NCBI GenBank assembly: GCA_963693365.1
Contig: CAVNZM010000007.1
Coordinates: 10,847,962-10,911,961, forward strand
DNA from: Amoebidium appalachense
Taxonomy: Eukaryota > Protista > Ichthyosporea
Direction: 5' to 3'
DNA: 64,000 bases
Shown piece after piece: positions 1 to 14,392 of this stretch (position 1 is the first letter of the stretch; each line of letters begins with the position of its first letter). The translations under genes were made by a program, and so were the position numbers. The notes beneath the pieces are model-generated. The model was not told the origin of the DNA and did not search any database. It was given only the letters and a program-made list of their open reading frames with translations.

Positions 1-324
1 CTCAAATTTCTCAAATTTTTTACTATTTGATCATAATCCGAAAACGCTGGCATGGTGCTGCCACTCCAGTGGCTGTCACCACTGGTCCCGAGTGGGACAA
101 ACGTGAGCATTGGCAGCATGCACAAGCTTGACGGTCACGGTGTGCATACGGTGAACGTTTGTTTAGTATACCAAAGAAAGTGTTTAATAGTGACTTATTT
201 ACTACTTCTTCGCCTTTTATCACTACTACACGCATTTTGAGTCTTGCCCTCTTTCCTCCCTCCACCTTATTCGAACAGACAACTCCGTAGCCCCTACTCA
301 TTAGACCCACATGCACCTGTCAAG

Positions 325-1261
325 ATGCAGATCAACCACTCACTGTTGTTAAGGAATGAAAAACCAAACCGGCAGCCCGAGCCTCCCAAGCCGCTTGTGG
401 GTGGGCGCAATAGTTCAGGTTTTTGGCTTCGCGCCAGTGTGATTATGCTGCTGTGCGGCCAGAACTCTCTGTACACTCTGCTGCGGCGCTACTCGCAGGG
501 TATTCTGAAGGAAAGGGCAACCCCGAGCTCTATTCTATGGACGGGCGAGGTGATTAAGCTGCTGTGGTCGGGTGCTATGATCTTCTACGGCACCAAAAGC
601 ACGGCCGCCCCGCTTGGTGCGTCATGGCGTGGCAAACTGCGGTTTGTTCTGGGCTGCTCGCTGCCTATGGCTGTACCAGCCGTGACCTATCTGGCCATGA
701 ACCTGCTGAGCTATGTGGCCCTGCAGAGGATAGACGCAGGCCTGTTTACGGTCTATGCACAGTGCAAGCTGCTGACCACGGCACTGTTCAGCGTGCTGCT
801 GATGGGGAAAGCGCTGCAGCCCAGGAAATGGCGTGCATTGCTGCTGATGGTGCTTGGCACGGTGCTGATCACCAACCAGACTAAACCTATCAGCTGGGCC
901 ATGCTCACAGACCAACACAGCACGGCCTTTGTCATTGGCACAGCCGCAGTGGTGACCGAGGTGACGCTGAGTGGCTTCATATCCGTCTACTTCGAGCACA
1001 TACTCAAGGCACGTGTGAACATGATGCAGGCCCCTCCGACTGTGTGGGACCGTAATGCACAGCTGGCGCTGTATTCCTTGCTGCTGTACACGCCCATAAC
1101 CTGGTATGAGGCGAGGGGTGGCGGCATATATGAGGGCTGGTCAGAGGTCACGTGGGCTATTGCCTTTTTGGGCTCGGCAGGCGGTGTGCTGGTGGCTTTG
1201 TGTATGAAGTACACCGATGCTATTATTAAGGTACGTGTGGTTTTTCATTGTGGTCTTGTCT

Positions 1262-1303
<42 letters not shown>

Positions 1304-1945
1304 CGGGAAGGGGGGGAGGTTTGGTTCGCTTGTCTTGCAACGCGGCAGGGTATCGTTGGATCTGCAAGGATGGTCAACAAGTCCTCTTCTGCTATATAGT
1401 AAAGGGTCAATGTTGATTTTTAGGAGCTGTGGCAGTGATAAACTGGTTCTTTCCTTGTCTTCCTTTTTTTTGGGTGGGGAGGGGGGAGCGGGGGAGGGTG
1501 AGGAAGGGGGGGAGGGGGGGGGGGGGGGGGGTTGTGAAGATGGTGGTGTGCAGGAGAGTTGGTGATTGTTTGTGGGTGTGGGTGTGGGTGTGGGTGGGTG
1601 GGTGGGTGGGTGGGTGGGTGTGTGTGTGCGTGTGTGTGTGTGTTTTGGAGGGAGGCATGGGGGGGGGGGGGGGGGGGGGGGGGAGGGGGGGGGATTCTGA
1701 GCAAATGATTTACACTATCTCTAAGACTTGAGTCAAGTTTTGATTTGTCAAATTCCACTTTGGTGCACTGATGTAATATGTCGAGGTGAGGGTGGTTCCT
1801 TTGAGACCATGTGGGCTGTTTGGAGCAGGGAGATGGCGGCGGTGACAACCATTTTCGCTTTGCATTTCGTCTATTTGTCTATTTGCTCTTGTTTCTTCTC
1901 TCTTATTTTGTGGGGGTTTTTTTTTTTCCCTTTTTTTTGTTGTTG

Positions 1946-1990
<45 letters not shown>

Positions 1991-2438
1991 GGGGGAGGGG
2001 GTGGCAAGGGTGCACTTACTTGCATCGTAATCATTTGTGTTTTTTTTTTGCTGGTCGGCGAGTCTAGTATAGCAAGCTTGTTACTGGCCAAGGGCTACGT
2101 GTGACCCGATTATCCCCATGCTCTGAATAGTTCCGTAGGAGAGACAATAGAGGGAAATGGGCGGTACAGAGGGGGGGGGGGGGGGGGGGAGCGGGTGGGG
2201 GGGGGGGGGGGAGGGATGGGGGGGGGGGGGGGGGGGATGGGCAGAACTGCCAAAATACCCGGGGGGGGGGGGGGGGGGGGGGGGAGGGAGGGGGGAGACA
2301 TAGCAGATTACTAACATCCTAACAGGTCTTTCATTTTTGGCTTTGATAGTTTTGTGCTTTGAGGTTTGTGTTAGCTTATGGTCCGGCAAAATGGGGTAAA
2401 TTGTGTTTGTGTGCTTTTGTGTGTGTGTGTGTGTGTGC

Positions 2439-2519
<81 letters not shown>

Positions 2520-2730
2520 GAGGGGAGGGATGGAGGGGGGGAAGGGGGGGGGGGGGGGGGGAGGGGGGGGAGTAACAACCGAGGCGGGCAAGGGTTTACA
2601 ACGGGGGGGGGAGGGGGGAGGGGTGGGGGGGGAGGGAGGGAGGAGGGTTGGTTATGGGAGAGAATAAAGTGGGACGTGCAACCAGATAGAACCGTGGAGA
2701 GGCCACTGATACTAGTGTGTGGGATGCGAT

Positions 2731-2780
<50 letters not shown>

Positions 2781-2933
2781 CATGCATGCATAAACAAGGA
2801 ATGTGCAGTTGGAACTGAATGCATTTACCCATCCCTCCTCCCCGAGCCCCTCCCTTCCCCCTCCCTCCCCCCCTCACGCTCCGACACTTTGACGTCTACC
2901 ACCAACTTATTGTGGCCACACACACACACACAC

Positions 2934-2966
<33 letters not shown>

Positions 2967-3333
2967 GGGCATGGCCACCAGTGGGTCCATTATCATCACC
3001 ACTGTTGTGGGGGGTCTCTACCTCGACGCGCCATACAACCTCGTGATTTTCATTGGTTCCACAACTGTCATTCTAGCCTTATTTGGTTATAACGATGACG
3101 GTGAAATCCCCGCCCCATTGGCTTCCAGCTCCAGCCCCGAACCAATCACGCAGATGAAATCAATAAGTGTAGACACGGGATATGAAATGAGGAAATTGGC
3201 TGAGGCCGAACCACAAAACCAGTGGCCCCAGAGATACGACTCCCTCGGTAGTGTAGCTGAGGAAATTAACGAGGAATTCGAGGATGCGAGTTTGACTAAC
3301 GGGTATGCAAAATCGAGGAACTATATGGTATAA
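325..3333 (+). CDS. Nucleotide-sugar transporter, SLC35A family (UDP-galactose/CMP-sialic acid transporter-like); exons 325-1230 and 2968-3333
   Basis: Multi-pass membrane protein with family motifs MAVPAVTYLAMNLLSYVAL, QCKLLTTALFS, SGFISVYFEHILK, VWDRNAQL and GGVLVALCMKYTDAIIK|GMATSGSII. The GT-AG intron 1231-2967 joins in frame. Confidence 0.92.
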
Positions 3334-3949
3334 AAGAGTGATGGGAATGTAAATGGCTGAGGTATTGTTAGTGTCACTAGTGTGGTTCCGAATGCGTTTT
3401 TTCAAACTTTATTTAGAGAGTTATAAATGTCATATAGAGGAGTTCATTGAATTCTTCATGTGGAGATTTATTTTTAATCGACCGATAGATCTGGTAAGTA
3501 AGGAAAGATGTGGTCATTTTATGGTAGTGTTGCAGTATCATCGGACAACGGTATCTGTGCTTGTGTTGTGCTTTCAAGGCTGAAATGTTTTATGATAATT
3601 GGATATATATCCTGTACATTATAGAAACCGCATATAGGGGATATAAACCCAACCACACACACGGTGTCAGGCCTGTCTTGTTTACCACCACTGCACGGCC
3701 AGTTGTGTACGTAAACAGACACGATGACTCGGACAAGCCTGCTTTTAATATGTACAGAGATCAAATAGAGTTTCAATGCAAACACGACGGTGTGCCTTGC
3801 TTAAAATTTAATAAAAGGAAATATGCCAGAGTCTGCAGGCCTGGGGATACGCATGTACCCCCCACACCCCCCCACCTGCCCCTCTGGAGGGGCCACTCCC
3901 CCCTCTTACCCGCCCTCGCAAACACGCGCGTCACTGCATGCCAATGCAC

Positions 3950-3997
<48 letters not shown>

Positions 3998-5918
3998 ACA
4001 CCCCACCCCACCCCTACCCCCCACCCCCGGGTGTCATCGCATGCGAATTTCTAACATGCAAGCATCTTTGGACACATACAATTTGCACTGTTGATGGCAT
4101 TATGTGAGGTTGTGTTATTGACATTACTATAGCTCGCTGAGCTATATATATTCCTACTTTTTTAGTTGTTTTGAAGGCATATACCGTGGGCACTGCATGC
4201 ATGACCGGACATACATATGCATACTACTATCTTCATGTATATATGATCCGGATGGCATGTCGCATGTATGATTGGGGCATGCACCGTTATTATGTATCTG
4301 TCGCCAGTGGTTGTGCATGCTTGAATATGGGGTAATGAACTACTAATGCCGCATTCCCATATAGTGTCTTCGGAACTCCTTTAGAACAAGGCCCCCGGAC
4401 CTTTAATCCCCAAATGGAGCAGCTGCTCATCATTTTAAACATCGTCTTGTCCGTGCGTACGATGCACATGCCACATGCGCAATCCTCCCCCCTCCTAGCC
4501 CCCCCCCCCCCCCTCTGGAGCCCCCCACCTGTTTTGATTTTAGCCTTTTTTTTTAAAGTTTAATTCAGTACCGCTGTCTAGTGGTGGGTACCAGCCCCAT
4601 GGGACCTATATACCTACGTTCCAGACTGAGCCATGCATATGGCAGAATGATCGGACTATACTATGTACAAGAGATAGTATTACGGGGGGGGTTTGATTCT
4701 AGCTAACTATAATTTAGCTATGAGGGGGGTCCGGGTCCGAAGTTTCACATGTCTGCTGACGGGGGTCTAACGTGGTGTGGTGGTGCTGTGGGGTTGAGGG
4801 TGGTGGGGTCTATGTGGTATCCCATGTCATGTAGGGTGGTGGTGGCTGCTGTGTGTCTGTAGGTGTGGTGGGGGCCCCCACCTGACAGTGTACCCGTGTT
4901 GCCCATATCGCGCTAAGATGTAATCGATGTCCGGGTTAATGAACAGGGCTGTAGGAACCTCAGCTGAACTTGCCTGCCATGTCTGACATGGCATACGAAC
5001 TAATTGCTGGGTATGGCGTAGCTACATAGGCGTACAGGTATACGTGAACAAAGTCCTCCACGGGGGCTAGATCGAGGCCGTGGTGGTGGTGGTGGTGGTT
5101 GTGGGGCCGTGTGGGAGGGGGGGGAGGGGGGGGGGGGGGGGGGGGGGGAGAAGGGACGGTCCTTGGGCCAGCCGCTCCGCTGATCTGGCTGCCGGCATGC
5201 CAGCTAGGGCCACACACACGTCATTGTTCGTGCGCAAAGGTGTGGAGGGAGGCTAACACGTGCCACACATTAAAGGCACCAGTAGGTAGGCATACGATAT
5301 GGTTATTCCCTAATATGGCAATAGCCTTTGTATGACGGTCGAGGGTGCCCATCCGAACTGTGTGCAACACACCCACACTTGCAGTGCCGGCACCAGATGC
5401 TCGATTGGTGCGTGTGCGTGTGTGTGTGGGTGCTTGTGTACGTAAACAAGTATGTGTGCACACAGGTGTGTATGTAGGTGTATGCATATGGATGTCTGTG
5501 TGCCTGCACTAAAGATCATCCAGCCACTCTATCCTTGTACTGGATTCTAGCTGCGTGTTATGTTTGTGTCCCCCCAAACCCCTACACCCCTCTAATACCT
5601 CCTGCATTCACACAGTGTATGCTGGTTGCATGTGGGCATGGATGGTTGGTGCACTTGAATGTGCACACAGCCTGAGGTACTTTATATTAGCACGTGTGCT
5701 TGCGTCAATTAAATCAAGCAGCAGAAAGGAATGTGATTTGTACAGAGGGAAGCCGTATTCTTGGAGACGCTACAACAAAGAGAGTGGTGGTGGTGGTGGT
5801 GGGAGGGGGGAGGGGGGGGGGGGGAGGGGGGAGGGGGTGGAGGGCCGTAAAAAAAAAAAAAAAAAAAAAAAGGGAAAAGGGGGGGGGGGGGGAAGGGGGG
5901 GGGGGGGGGGGAAGGGGG

Positions 5919-6536
5919 TTGAATGCGTCAAAAAGTACGAAGTACACAAGAACAAACGGATAACGATGCAGAATGCAAGCCATACATAGAAGAGTATGCA
6001 TAATGAGCAGAGCCCATCCTCAGGGGGGGCCCACGTCATCCACAGTACCCGAGTTTCGACCTATTCACCTCGTTAACGAAACCCAACTCAGATACTGTTT
6101 CACTTGAACATGGGTAGTTCACCCGTCTTGATCAGAGACGAGCAGGGTTGCTTATGCAGGCAAGGGCAGTGGGAAAGGCCGGGGGTTAAAGTTGCAGCAG
6201 TAAGCAGAAGCAAGAAAAATATAGATAGGAACTCAGGAGACGGGGCTTCTAGGAAGCTCCCCCGTCGCTACCTAAGTCTATACTTCTCTGGCTAACATAC
6301 TACACCAGCTGAAAAGAATAAAGTCCCGAAGGCCGCAGAATTCGCAATCAGAGGGGAAAATATGAGATTTGGGTAGTAACACGCCGCACTACAAAGGGCG
6401 GAACTTTAACGTCTTCGAACGGAAAGCTATGCCCCCGGATGTCAGCCGGAAATATGGTATCACCCATCGCTTTGGGCTTGAAAAAAGCCAAATCGATAGT
6501 CCGAGTTGTGTTACGCCGGCGGGTAACATGCCGCAT
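5919..6536 (-). mobile_element. Long copy of poly(C)-associated dispersed repeat (candidate non-autonomous Penelope-like retroelement)
   Basis: Near-identical inverted copy of 22071-22700, flanked on both sides by poly(G) on the + strand, i.e. poly(C) on the element strand. Confidence 0.75.
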
Positions 6537-6565
6537 GGGGGGGGGGGGGGGGGGGGGCGGGGCTG

Positions 6566-6597
6566 AACAAGCGAGGTAGGGCAGAGATTTATGTAGT

Positions 6598-6645
<48 letters not shown>

Positions 6646-6918
6646 ACGGGGGCCGCTGGGTGGATGGGCAGGTGACTTGAGGTGGGCGGGGGGAGCGGAA
6701 GGGGGGGGAGGGGGGGGGGGGACAGTTGTATCATCAACTTGTATGTCTTAACCCTAGGAAGTACTAGAATGCAGGGGGGGAAAGGGGGGGGGGGGGGGGG
6801 GGGGGAGGGGGTGGGGGGTGGGGAGATGAACAAGCGAGGTAGGGCAGAGATTTATGTAGTACGTGTGTGTGAGTGTGTGTGTGCACGGGGGTCGTTGGCT
6901 GGATGGGCAGGTGACTTT
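6566..6918. repeat. Local direct duplication (about 6566-6679 and about 6827-6917)
   Basis: GAACAAGCGAGGTAGGGCAGAGATTTATGTAGTACG(TG)n...GGATGGGCAGGTGACTT occurs twice, each time after a G-run. Confidence 0.85.
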
Positions 6919-7248
6919 GTGTGGGTGGTCGGGGGGAGAGGAGGAGAGAGGGGGGGAACCACGGGTGTGTGTCTGTGTTCATGCCTGTGTGCATTTGCAC
7001 TCCCCCTCCCTACTCCCTCCTCCCCCCACCTCGCCCCATGTGCATGTGCAGCACGAGCGCGAGACAAAGTGGACCCACAGCCGCACACAACTCCATATCC
7101 CCCGGCCTTTCTCAGCACACACACTCCTTTAGCCAAACACAACAGTAGGGCCGCCCGCAGCCCCCCGTCCCTTTATATGTCGTAAAGGGTACCTGCCCCT
7201 CCTCTCTCCCCACCTGCACCACCGACCATCTAACCGTGCACCATTGAT

Positions 7249-7884
7249 CTACTTCTTGCCCTTTGGCGACCGCAACTTGGGCACCTCATCATAGTACCTC
7301 ACACCCTTGCCCTTGTACGGGTCCGGCGGCTGGAACGAGCGTATCTTTGCCGCCGTCTGTGTGACGCTCTCTATGTCTATGCCGTTGATGAGGATGTTTG
7401 TCGACCCAGCCACGCTCACGTTGACGCCAGGTGGTATAGGGTACTGGCGCTTGATGCCCAGGTTGAGGTGCAGTGTGCCGTTGTCGATGTTTGCGCGGTA
7501 ACCCACACCCTTGAGCACAAGGTGGCGTGTAAACCCGGCCGTGACCCCCTCGACCATGTTCTTGACATGCTGCCTAAACGTGCCCTGCAGAGCCTGTGCG
7601 TCCTTTGTGTATGTGGTGCGCTCAACCTTGACCGCACGTGCGTCCTCCACCTGCGCCCTCTCCACGCGCACGAGGCCCGGCACTGTGCGTGTGATGCTGC
7701 CCAGCGGCCCTGTGACCGTGACTGCGCCCGTCCCCACGTGCACAGACACGCCCTCAGGCACACTGACTGGTGTGCGCCCCACTCGTGACGGTGTGGGCAC
7801 CTTCTCGCCCGCCGCTAGCGCCTTCCCCAGTTGGCTAGCCTTGGCCCGCGCACTGAGGCAGAACACGTGTGGCCGTGCGAACAT
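7249..7884 (-). CDS. MRPL6: Mitochondrial ribosomal protein uL6 (bacterial-type L6 with N-terminal presequence), intronless
   Basis: SRVGRTPVSVPEGV, VTGPLGSI, GVTAGFTRHLVLKGVGYRA and AAKIRSFQPPDPYKGKGVRY are uL6 signatures. The basic, acid-poor N-terminus MFARPHVFCLSARAK resembles a mitochondrial presequence. Confidence 0.93.
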   Translation of the reverse strand: MFARPHVFCLSARAKASQLGKALAAGEKVPTPSRVGRTPVSVPEGVSVHVGTGAVTVTGPLGSITRTVPGLVRVERAQVEDARAVKVERTTYTKDAQALQGTFRQHVKNMVEGVTAGFTRHLVLKGVGYRANIDNGTLHLNLGIKRQYPIPPGVNVSVAGSTNILINGIDIESVTQTAAKIRSFQPPDPYKGKGVRYYDEVPKLRSPKGKK

Positions 7885-8309
7885 GGTTGCGTGTAGTGTG
7901 TGTGCGTGTGTATGCGTGTGTTTGTCCAACCACACAAGGTGGATGGTGGGGCTACGTGTGGCTGCACTGAGCCCACCCCTATGCCTGCCTACGTGGTTGT
8001 TGGCTGTGCCTTCTCCGCCTGTCTGCCCTCTCTCCCTCTCCCTCACTGTGCCTCCGTTTCTTTCAGGCTGTGTGAAGGCTGCCGGCGAGTGTCGCAAACA
8101 CCACGCCCAGGAATGCGGGCCGGGTCGCAATCCTACGGGTCACGACCCGAAAACGCTTGGGTGCGCAATGTGCCAATCAGACCTCACACGTACTGACAGT
8201 GTGCACGCGCTGCGATGAATTTCCGATTTTTCCTTACACGTCTCTCGCGACCGCGTGCATGCTTTCTGTCGCGGCGCCTCGACGGTTCGATAGAGTCCAG
8301 TGTTCGCTC

Positions 8310-8368
8310 TAACACGTACTGACGTGTTGCCGCAAGTGCGACGTTTTAACATCTACTCAGGCGGCTTT

Positions 8369-8417
<49 letters not shown>

Positions 8418-8570
8418 CCGCCTCAGTAGGTGGTAGGTGTTCGCTGAATGTGTAAGGAAAAATAAGGAGCCATCTCAGTAGGTGGCAGCAATCAGATCTA
8501 TGTAACACGTACTGACGTGTTGCCGCACGTGCGACGTTATACATCTATTTGTGACGTCCCCTTTTGCAAA

Positions 8571-8612
<42 letters not shown>

Positions 8613-8647
8613 AAAAGAAAAGGCCTCAGTAGGTGGTAGCAATCAGA
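8310..8647. repeat. Imperfect tandem duplication upstream of uL6
   Basis: TAACACGTACTGACGTGTTGCCGCA.GTGCGACGTT at about 8310 and 8503, each followed by poly(A). CTCAGTAGGTGG occurs three times. Confidence 0.8.
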
Positions 8648-9811
8648 CACATGGGCCGATAGAGCACCGTGATCGTACTAAGGGTTGGGGCTGTGTGTAC
8701 ATGTAGCTAGCTGGCTGTGCACGTGGGGGACGGGCCGTGGCCTACGCGTAGCGCCGAAGCAAACAAACAAACAAAAAGCTGCAGGAAGAGTCCACCGTCA
8801 GACGGATTCCATGTATACTTCACATGTACTCACATGTGTCACCAAATCCACTACATATTCATGCAAGCATACGTGGCATGTCACTCGCCAAGGGTGAATT
8901 GGGCCATGCCATGGCGGGCCATGGTGAGACAGCGTGCCAAGATGCAACATGGACATCCACCTGCTCGTGAAACCAAACAACATATAAACTATGAGTATGC
9001 ATGAAACGCTTAAGTCTTACTGGCCATTTACACATGTGCCACAACTGGGCACATAGGCATCGAAAGGTGGCCACCTGTACCTGTGCATAATTAATATGCC
9101 AAGGCACATCAGCACGAACGTTCGGCAAATGCACCATGTTCACAATGTGCACCTACCGTGTGCAGTACAGGGGCCACTCACTTGTAATATAACCGTTAAA
9201 CCGGCAGTATGGTCTAGAATTCAAAGGCTTCTCAATAGGCTTTAGGGTTTGTTATCGGAGCCCCCCCCTCCCCCCCCCCCCCCCCCCCCCCCCCCCACCC
9301 CCCCGTCCCCCCACCCCCCTCTCCCCACCCCCTCCCCCTGTTCCCCTTCCCCCCCCTTTCCCCCGGCTTGAATGGTCCACGTGCGGAGCCTTTTTTCGGG
9401 TGGGGTGGGGTGTGTGTCTTTTTTTTTTTTTTGGGGGGGGGGGAGGGGGGGAGGGGGGGGGGTTTAAGTACCAGCAAGCAGAGCCTGGCGGTCATGCCCA
9501 GCATGGCACCACCTCGCTATGTCATCACCTGCCAGAGCGTATGGGCCAGTAGTGTGCATGGTCAAGCACATGCTTGCAGTGTGTGGAAGGAACCACGAAG
9601 AGGTGCCTGATATCACCAAAATTCACACACCATGATGTGCACATCGGTGCACCCGGGCCCTTGTTTTGTTTTGGAAGTTTTCGTCGGCTTTAGTTTTTTG
9701 GTAAAGTTATTGAAGTTTCTGTTTTGGCTCGAAGTTGGTTTTCGAATAAAAAATGACACACCGTGTTGCTTTGTCTCCGTGTCCACTTACACTCACATAG
9801 CGCCATATGAC

Positions 9812-9914
<103 letters not shown>

Positions 9915-11416
9915 CTAGTTCGATGAATTGTTGATTGTAAGCCTTGTCTTTTGGGGGATATAATTCATCTGTTTCGCAAAACCATTCCAGATTATGATCA
10001 GCTCGCACGTGCACTGTCAGCTGTAACAATAGTGGCTGGTCTTTACATATCCACACACGCAGTTTTTATTTATTTCGCGTGCACGAATCACTATGTAGAC
10101 ACGGCCTCATAGTATCCATCACCTCATAGTATCCATCACAAAGCATAATAACACAGTTACGTACCCTTGCAGGTGCACTGTGATGGAGCATGCTGTGGCC
10201 CCACGTGGGCCCCATGCACACAACTGTGCAAGTTGCTGCATCCAAGCCGCACTGATTTGCGTGTGTACGCAAACACATGGACATGCATTGTATGCATTAC
10301 TGTGCTGTCGACGTCCATTCAATTTGTGATCAACCGTCGGCAGTACGATAACAATAAACAGCATCAACACGATGGGAAGGATGTCAATATTCCAGCACAC
10401 ACATGTACCAATTGCATGCGCCACGGGCAAAATCATTGGCAAACTCTGCTGTCTCACCCCTGGGTCTCGCCCTTGTATTCGAAGTGCATGTTTGTGTGTG
10501 TACGTGTGTGTGTGTGTGTGTGTGTGATTAAGTAACAATAAACTAATGGATAACCGAGGCGAGGATAAATATCATATTATGCTAGGGGGTTTACACACTT
10601 TTTATTGCGTGGACACTGCCGGAGGCCCAGCCACATTCGACGGCCTTCTGCGTTTTCCAGCGCAGCCAATCAAATGCAGCCAGTGACATATGTACATGCT
10701 AGGCAACAATGAGCGCCATCGTAGTATATGACACTGGCCCTATTACATATTATGGGTAAGCAGAGGCTATAGCATCGGTAGCTCCGAAAGAAAGTTAAGG
10801 CACCGGATCACAATATCATACTGTGCAGCATTAATAAGGTGATCTAGGATAGTCATCTTAAAACGGATATATTGAGGAAGAGAGGAAGAAAAGAGAATAA
10901 AACCGCCAATAACCTCCGGTTCTAATACGTTAACAGTTTGCACAGCTTATTGATAGATATGCAGCCGCGAGTAAACCGCCCCCCACACATATTACACATA
11001 CGAGCAGAAGACACCATGCTACATAAAACAAATTATCGATACGCACGTTTGGCAACTATTAGTGAAAGTTCGCAGTTGGCTGCATGCACATTCCACCAGA
11101 GTCCCACCACCTTTATTGCTGCTGGCACCTCCACACACCCAGGGCCACTGTTATCAGCCACGGCAAAGACCACCATAGTTACATTATACACTTTCGGTTC
11201 GGTGTCAGTTCGGTTATGTGTTGAACGTGCAAGTCTCGCTTCTACACACAAGTTATTTCGATTACATGCTGTGAATCCTTCGAAAATTACACGGGCTTAC
11301 TAACAGCATCGTTCTAATCACATCACTTGCCTACACGGGCAGGGCTTATGAGTTAGGATTTGTTCCATAGGACACACATCCAACAAACTGAACAGTTGCT
11401 GAGATTAGCACCATCA

Positions 11417-11465
<49 letters not shown>

Positions 11466-11718
11466 AAAAAAAGAAGGAAAAGAGGAATACAAACATATCT
11501 ATAAAAAGAAGGAAAACAAACATTAAAAAAACGCCTAGATGCTAAAAAAAAAAAACGAATACTGTGACATTGCAATATGGGATCGACCACCAACTTCAAC
11601 AAGTTCAGTAAAATGGTTCGTTCTAGTTTATGTAATGGCATAACAGGCACTCCCATCTCTCATAACCCGTCTCCCTGGCGGTAATACAAAATACGAACAC
11701 CCTTTTACATGATGGTAG

Positions 11719-11811
<93 letters not shown>

Positions 11812-11904
11812 CCGGTTGACCCCCCCCCCCCTCCCCCCCCTATCTCTCTCCCCCACGCTGTGCTGCATGCGCGCGTACATCCCCCCCCCTCCCCCTCTCC
11901 ACCT

Positions 11905-13809
11905 TTACATAGTGGCCATTGCCCTCTTCTTTGATGCTGGAGACATTGCCGGGCTCTGTGCTTTGCCCCCGCCCAGTTTTGCAGCCAGTGACCGTGCAGG
12001 GGAGAGGGGCCCATTTTGATTTGCTGCTGCCTTGGGCGCTGGTGGCTTGTCGCCTGCCTCATCGACAAGCACGTGCTCCAGTGTGGCATGGCCGAACCTT
12101 CTAGCAAGATTCAGCGCCGTCTCCCCATTGGCCGTGGTCACGTGCTGGCTCGCGCCGGCAGCCAATAGGATTGCAGCAACCTCCACATGGCCGTGGATGG
12201 CGGCATGGTGCAGGGCCGTGCACCATGCCCCCCTCTGGGCCACATCCAATGCTGCCCCCATGCCCACCAGCACCTGCACACAGCCAGCCCGACCATACCG
12301 TGCAGCCGCCATCAGCAGCGTCATGGTCTCAGCCCCCCGCAACACCACCCCACACTCGTCAAGGTCCAGGGGGGGGTTTGAATGCTGCAGTTTGTCTGCA
12401 AGGGGCTTATGGTTGTCTCCGGCCACAAGTAGCCGCCTGCATGTTGCAAAGACCTGGGCCCTCTGCTCGGCCAGCCTGCTGGCCCCCAATGAGGGTCTCC
12501 TCTGTGGCAGCACGTCTAGTGGCTCCTCACTGGCTGCACGTGCAGGCACAGGCCCACATGCATTGGGCCCAGCTAGGCCCAGTATGTCCTCAGCACTGAA
12601 CGAGAACGATGCGCTCTGCACCCCCAAAGTGGGTATCTGCTGGGGCTGCTGGGGAGGGCTAGCCTGTGGCTGGGCTGAGATGGCACTGTCTGTCTGGGGG
12701 TCCACAAGGCCCTCAACCACCCCCCCCATGCCCCCTAGACCCCTAGTGGGCAGGCAGTCCATGCTAAGGCTCTGCCTTCGTGCCGCCATGGGCTTTGGGC
12801 TTGCTGGCTGGGCCGCAGACCCATTTGGGTGGGCATTGGGGCATGTGGGGTTGCGGCAGTTGGTCCCCCGCCAGCACGGCACTACCTGCGGGTCCTTGCG
12901 CTGCCGTCCTCGACCAGCCCCGGAGGACTGCGGCATGCCGGGGGAGAACGGCCCACGGCCATGGGAGGGGAATTGGGGGGGGGCGCGTGGGGGTGGCAGG
13001 GGACTGGGGGCCACGGGAGGGGGAGTGAGGGGCACGGTCACCCGATAGGCGATTGCGGTTACGGCCGGTGGGTGAGGGGCTGCGGAGGGGCTGGTCGGGC
13101 AGGTGGGAGGGCTGGCCGACGTAGGTGGGGCTGCGCAGGTTGCCGGCCATGCGCTGCTCGGGGGGTGGCGCTGCACATGGGGGGGGGGGGGGGGGGTGTT
13201 GTTTTCAGTGCGTGCAAGGAGAAGAGGGGGGCAGATTGTTTGGTGCCTGATGGGCGCATGTATGCAATCAAAAGTATTGGGGTGTGTGATGGTGGGGTGT
13301 GGTGGAGAGGTTGGCAAGACAGGCAGAAAACAGGACAATGGGCGGACAGAAGACAGTGCATGGAACAACAACACCAACTATGTGTGTGCCTGTGCATTTG
13401 TTGTCTTTTGGTTGGGGGGGGGGGGGAGAGGGGGGGGGGGTAAGAGGAGGCATTTCGGTGAAAAGGCCCAATTGAAGCCTCCTGGCCTCATTGTGTTGCG
13501 CATGCACTGTCCGAGGTGAGGGATTTGAGAAGAACTCTGTGTTCCGGTCAGGAGCATGCAGACTGGTGGCAGGCATAGATGGGGCAGGCCTGGGTGTGTG
13601 TGTGTGTGTGCAGGGGGGGGGGGGGGGGGGGGGGGGTATTGCCGTACCCCGAGGTTCGCGGTAGGTCAGCAGCCAGCGTGCCGCATCAAAGGGATATATG
13701 GCCATGTGCGTGGGGTGGGCCCTCTGCAGCCGCACATACTCACTGCTGAGGCCCCCTGCCCAGCAGTGCACCTCAACACGCCAACCACGCCGCAGGGCCT
13801 CACTGCAGC

Positions 13810-13863
<54 letters not shown>

Positions 13864-14352
13864 TGTGTGTATGTGTGTGTGTGTGTGTATGTGTGTGTGT
13901 GTATGTGTGTGTGTGTGTATGTGCATGTGTGTGTGTGTGTGTGTGTGCTTGTGCGAATATGTGTGCGTCCGTGTGTGATTGTGACCTTGGGGGGTGGGGG
14001 GGGGGGGGGGAAGAAGGGGGTAGGAGAGAAAGGGTGGAAGGGAGAGAAGGGCAGGGGTAATAAGTGTACAATCCGGAGGGATGGCGGGGTAAATTACCTG
14101 CACAAACACATGCCACCACTGCGGGCTGACCATCAATGTACATCAGCAGACAGACAGGCCCACATTCTCCCCCACATCTGACCCCTCCATGTTCAACCCA
14201 CACCAAACCTATCCCATAGTCCCACATGCACCCTACAGCATATTGTGTGCATCAACATGCAGGTTGGGCTATGCATGTCCTTTTCGACAAGCAAACACAA
14301 TCTGCACGAGGAGCGGGCGCGACGGGGGCAGAGGGGGCGAGGGGAGGGGGGT

Positions 14353-14392
<40 letters not shown>

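Noticed and set aside
244-324. N-terminal extension of the sugar transporter from TTG; likewise the extension of uL6 to 8130
   Set aside because: Non-ATG starts in a eukaryote; downstream ATGs (325, 7884) give sensible proteins.
4546-5100. Possible decayed retroelement 3' end on the - strand (coding-like text, ATTAAA plus A-run)
   Set aside because: No recognisable domain motif and no second copy in the window.
12032-13048. 338-aa + strand ORF
   Set aside because: It is the antisense shadow of the GC-rich ankyrin/CCCH exon.
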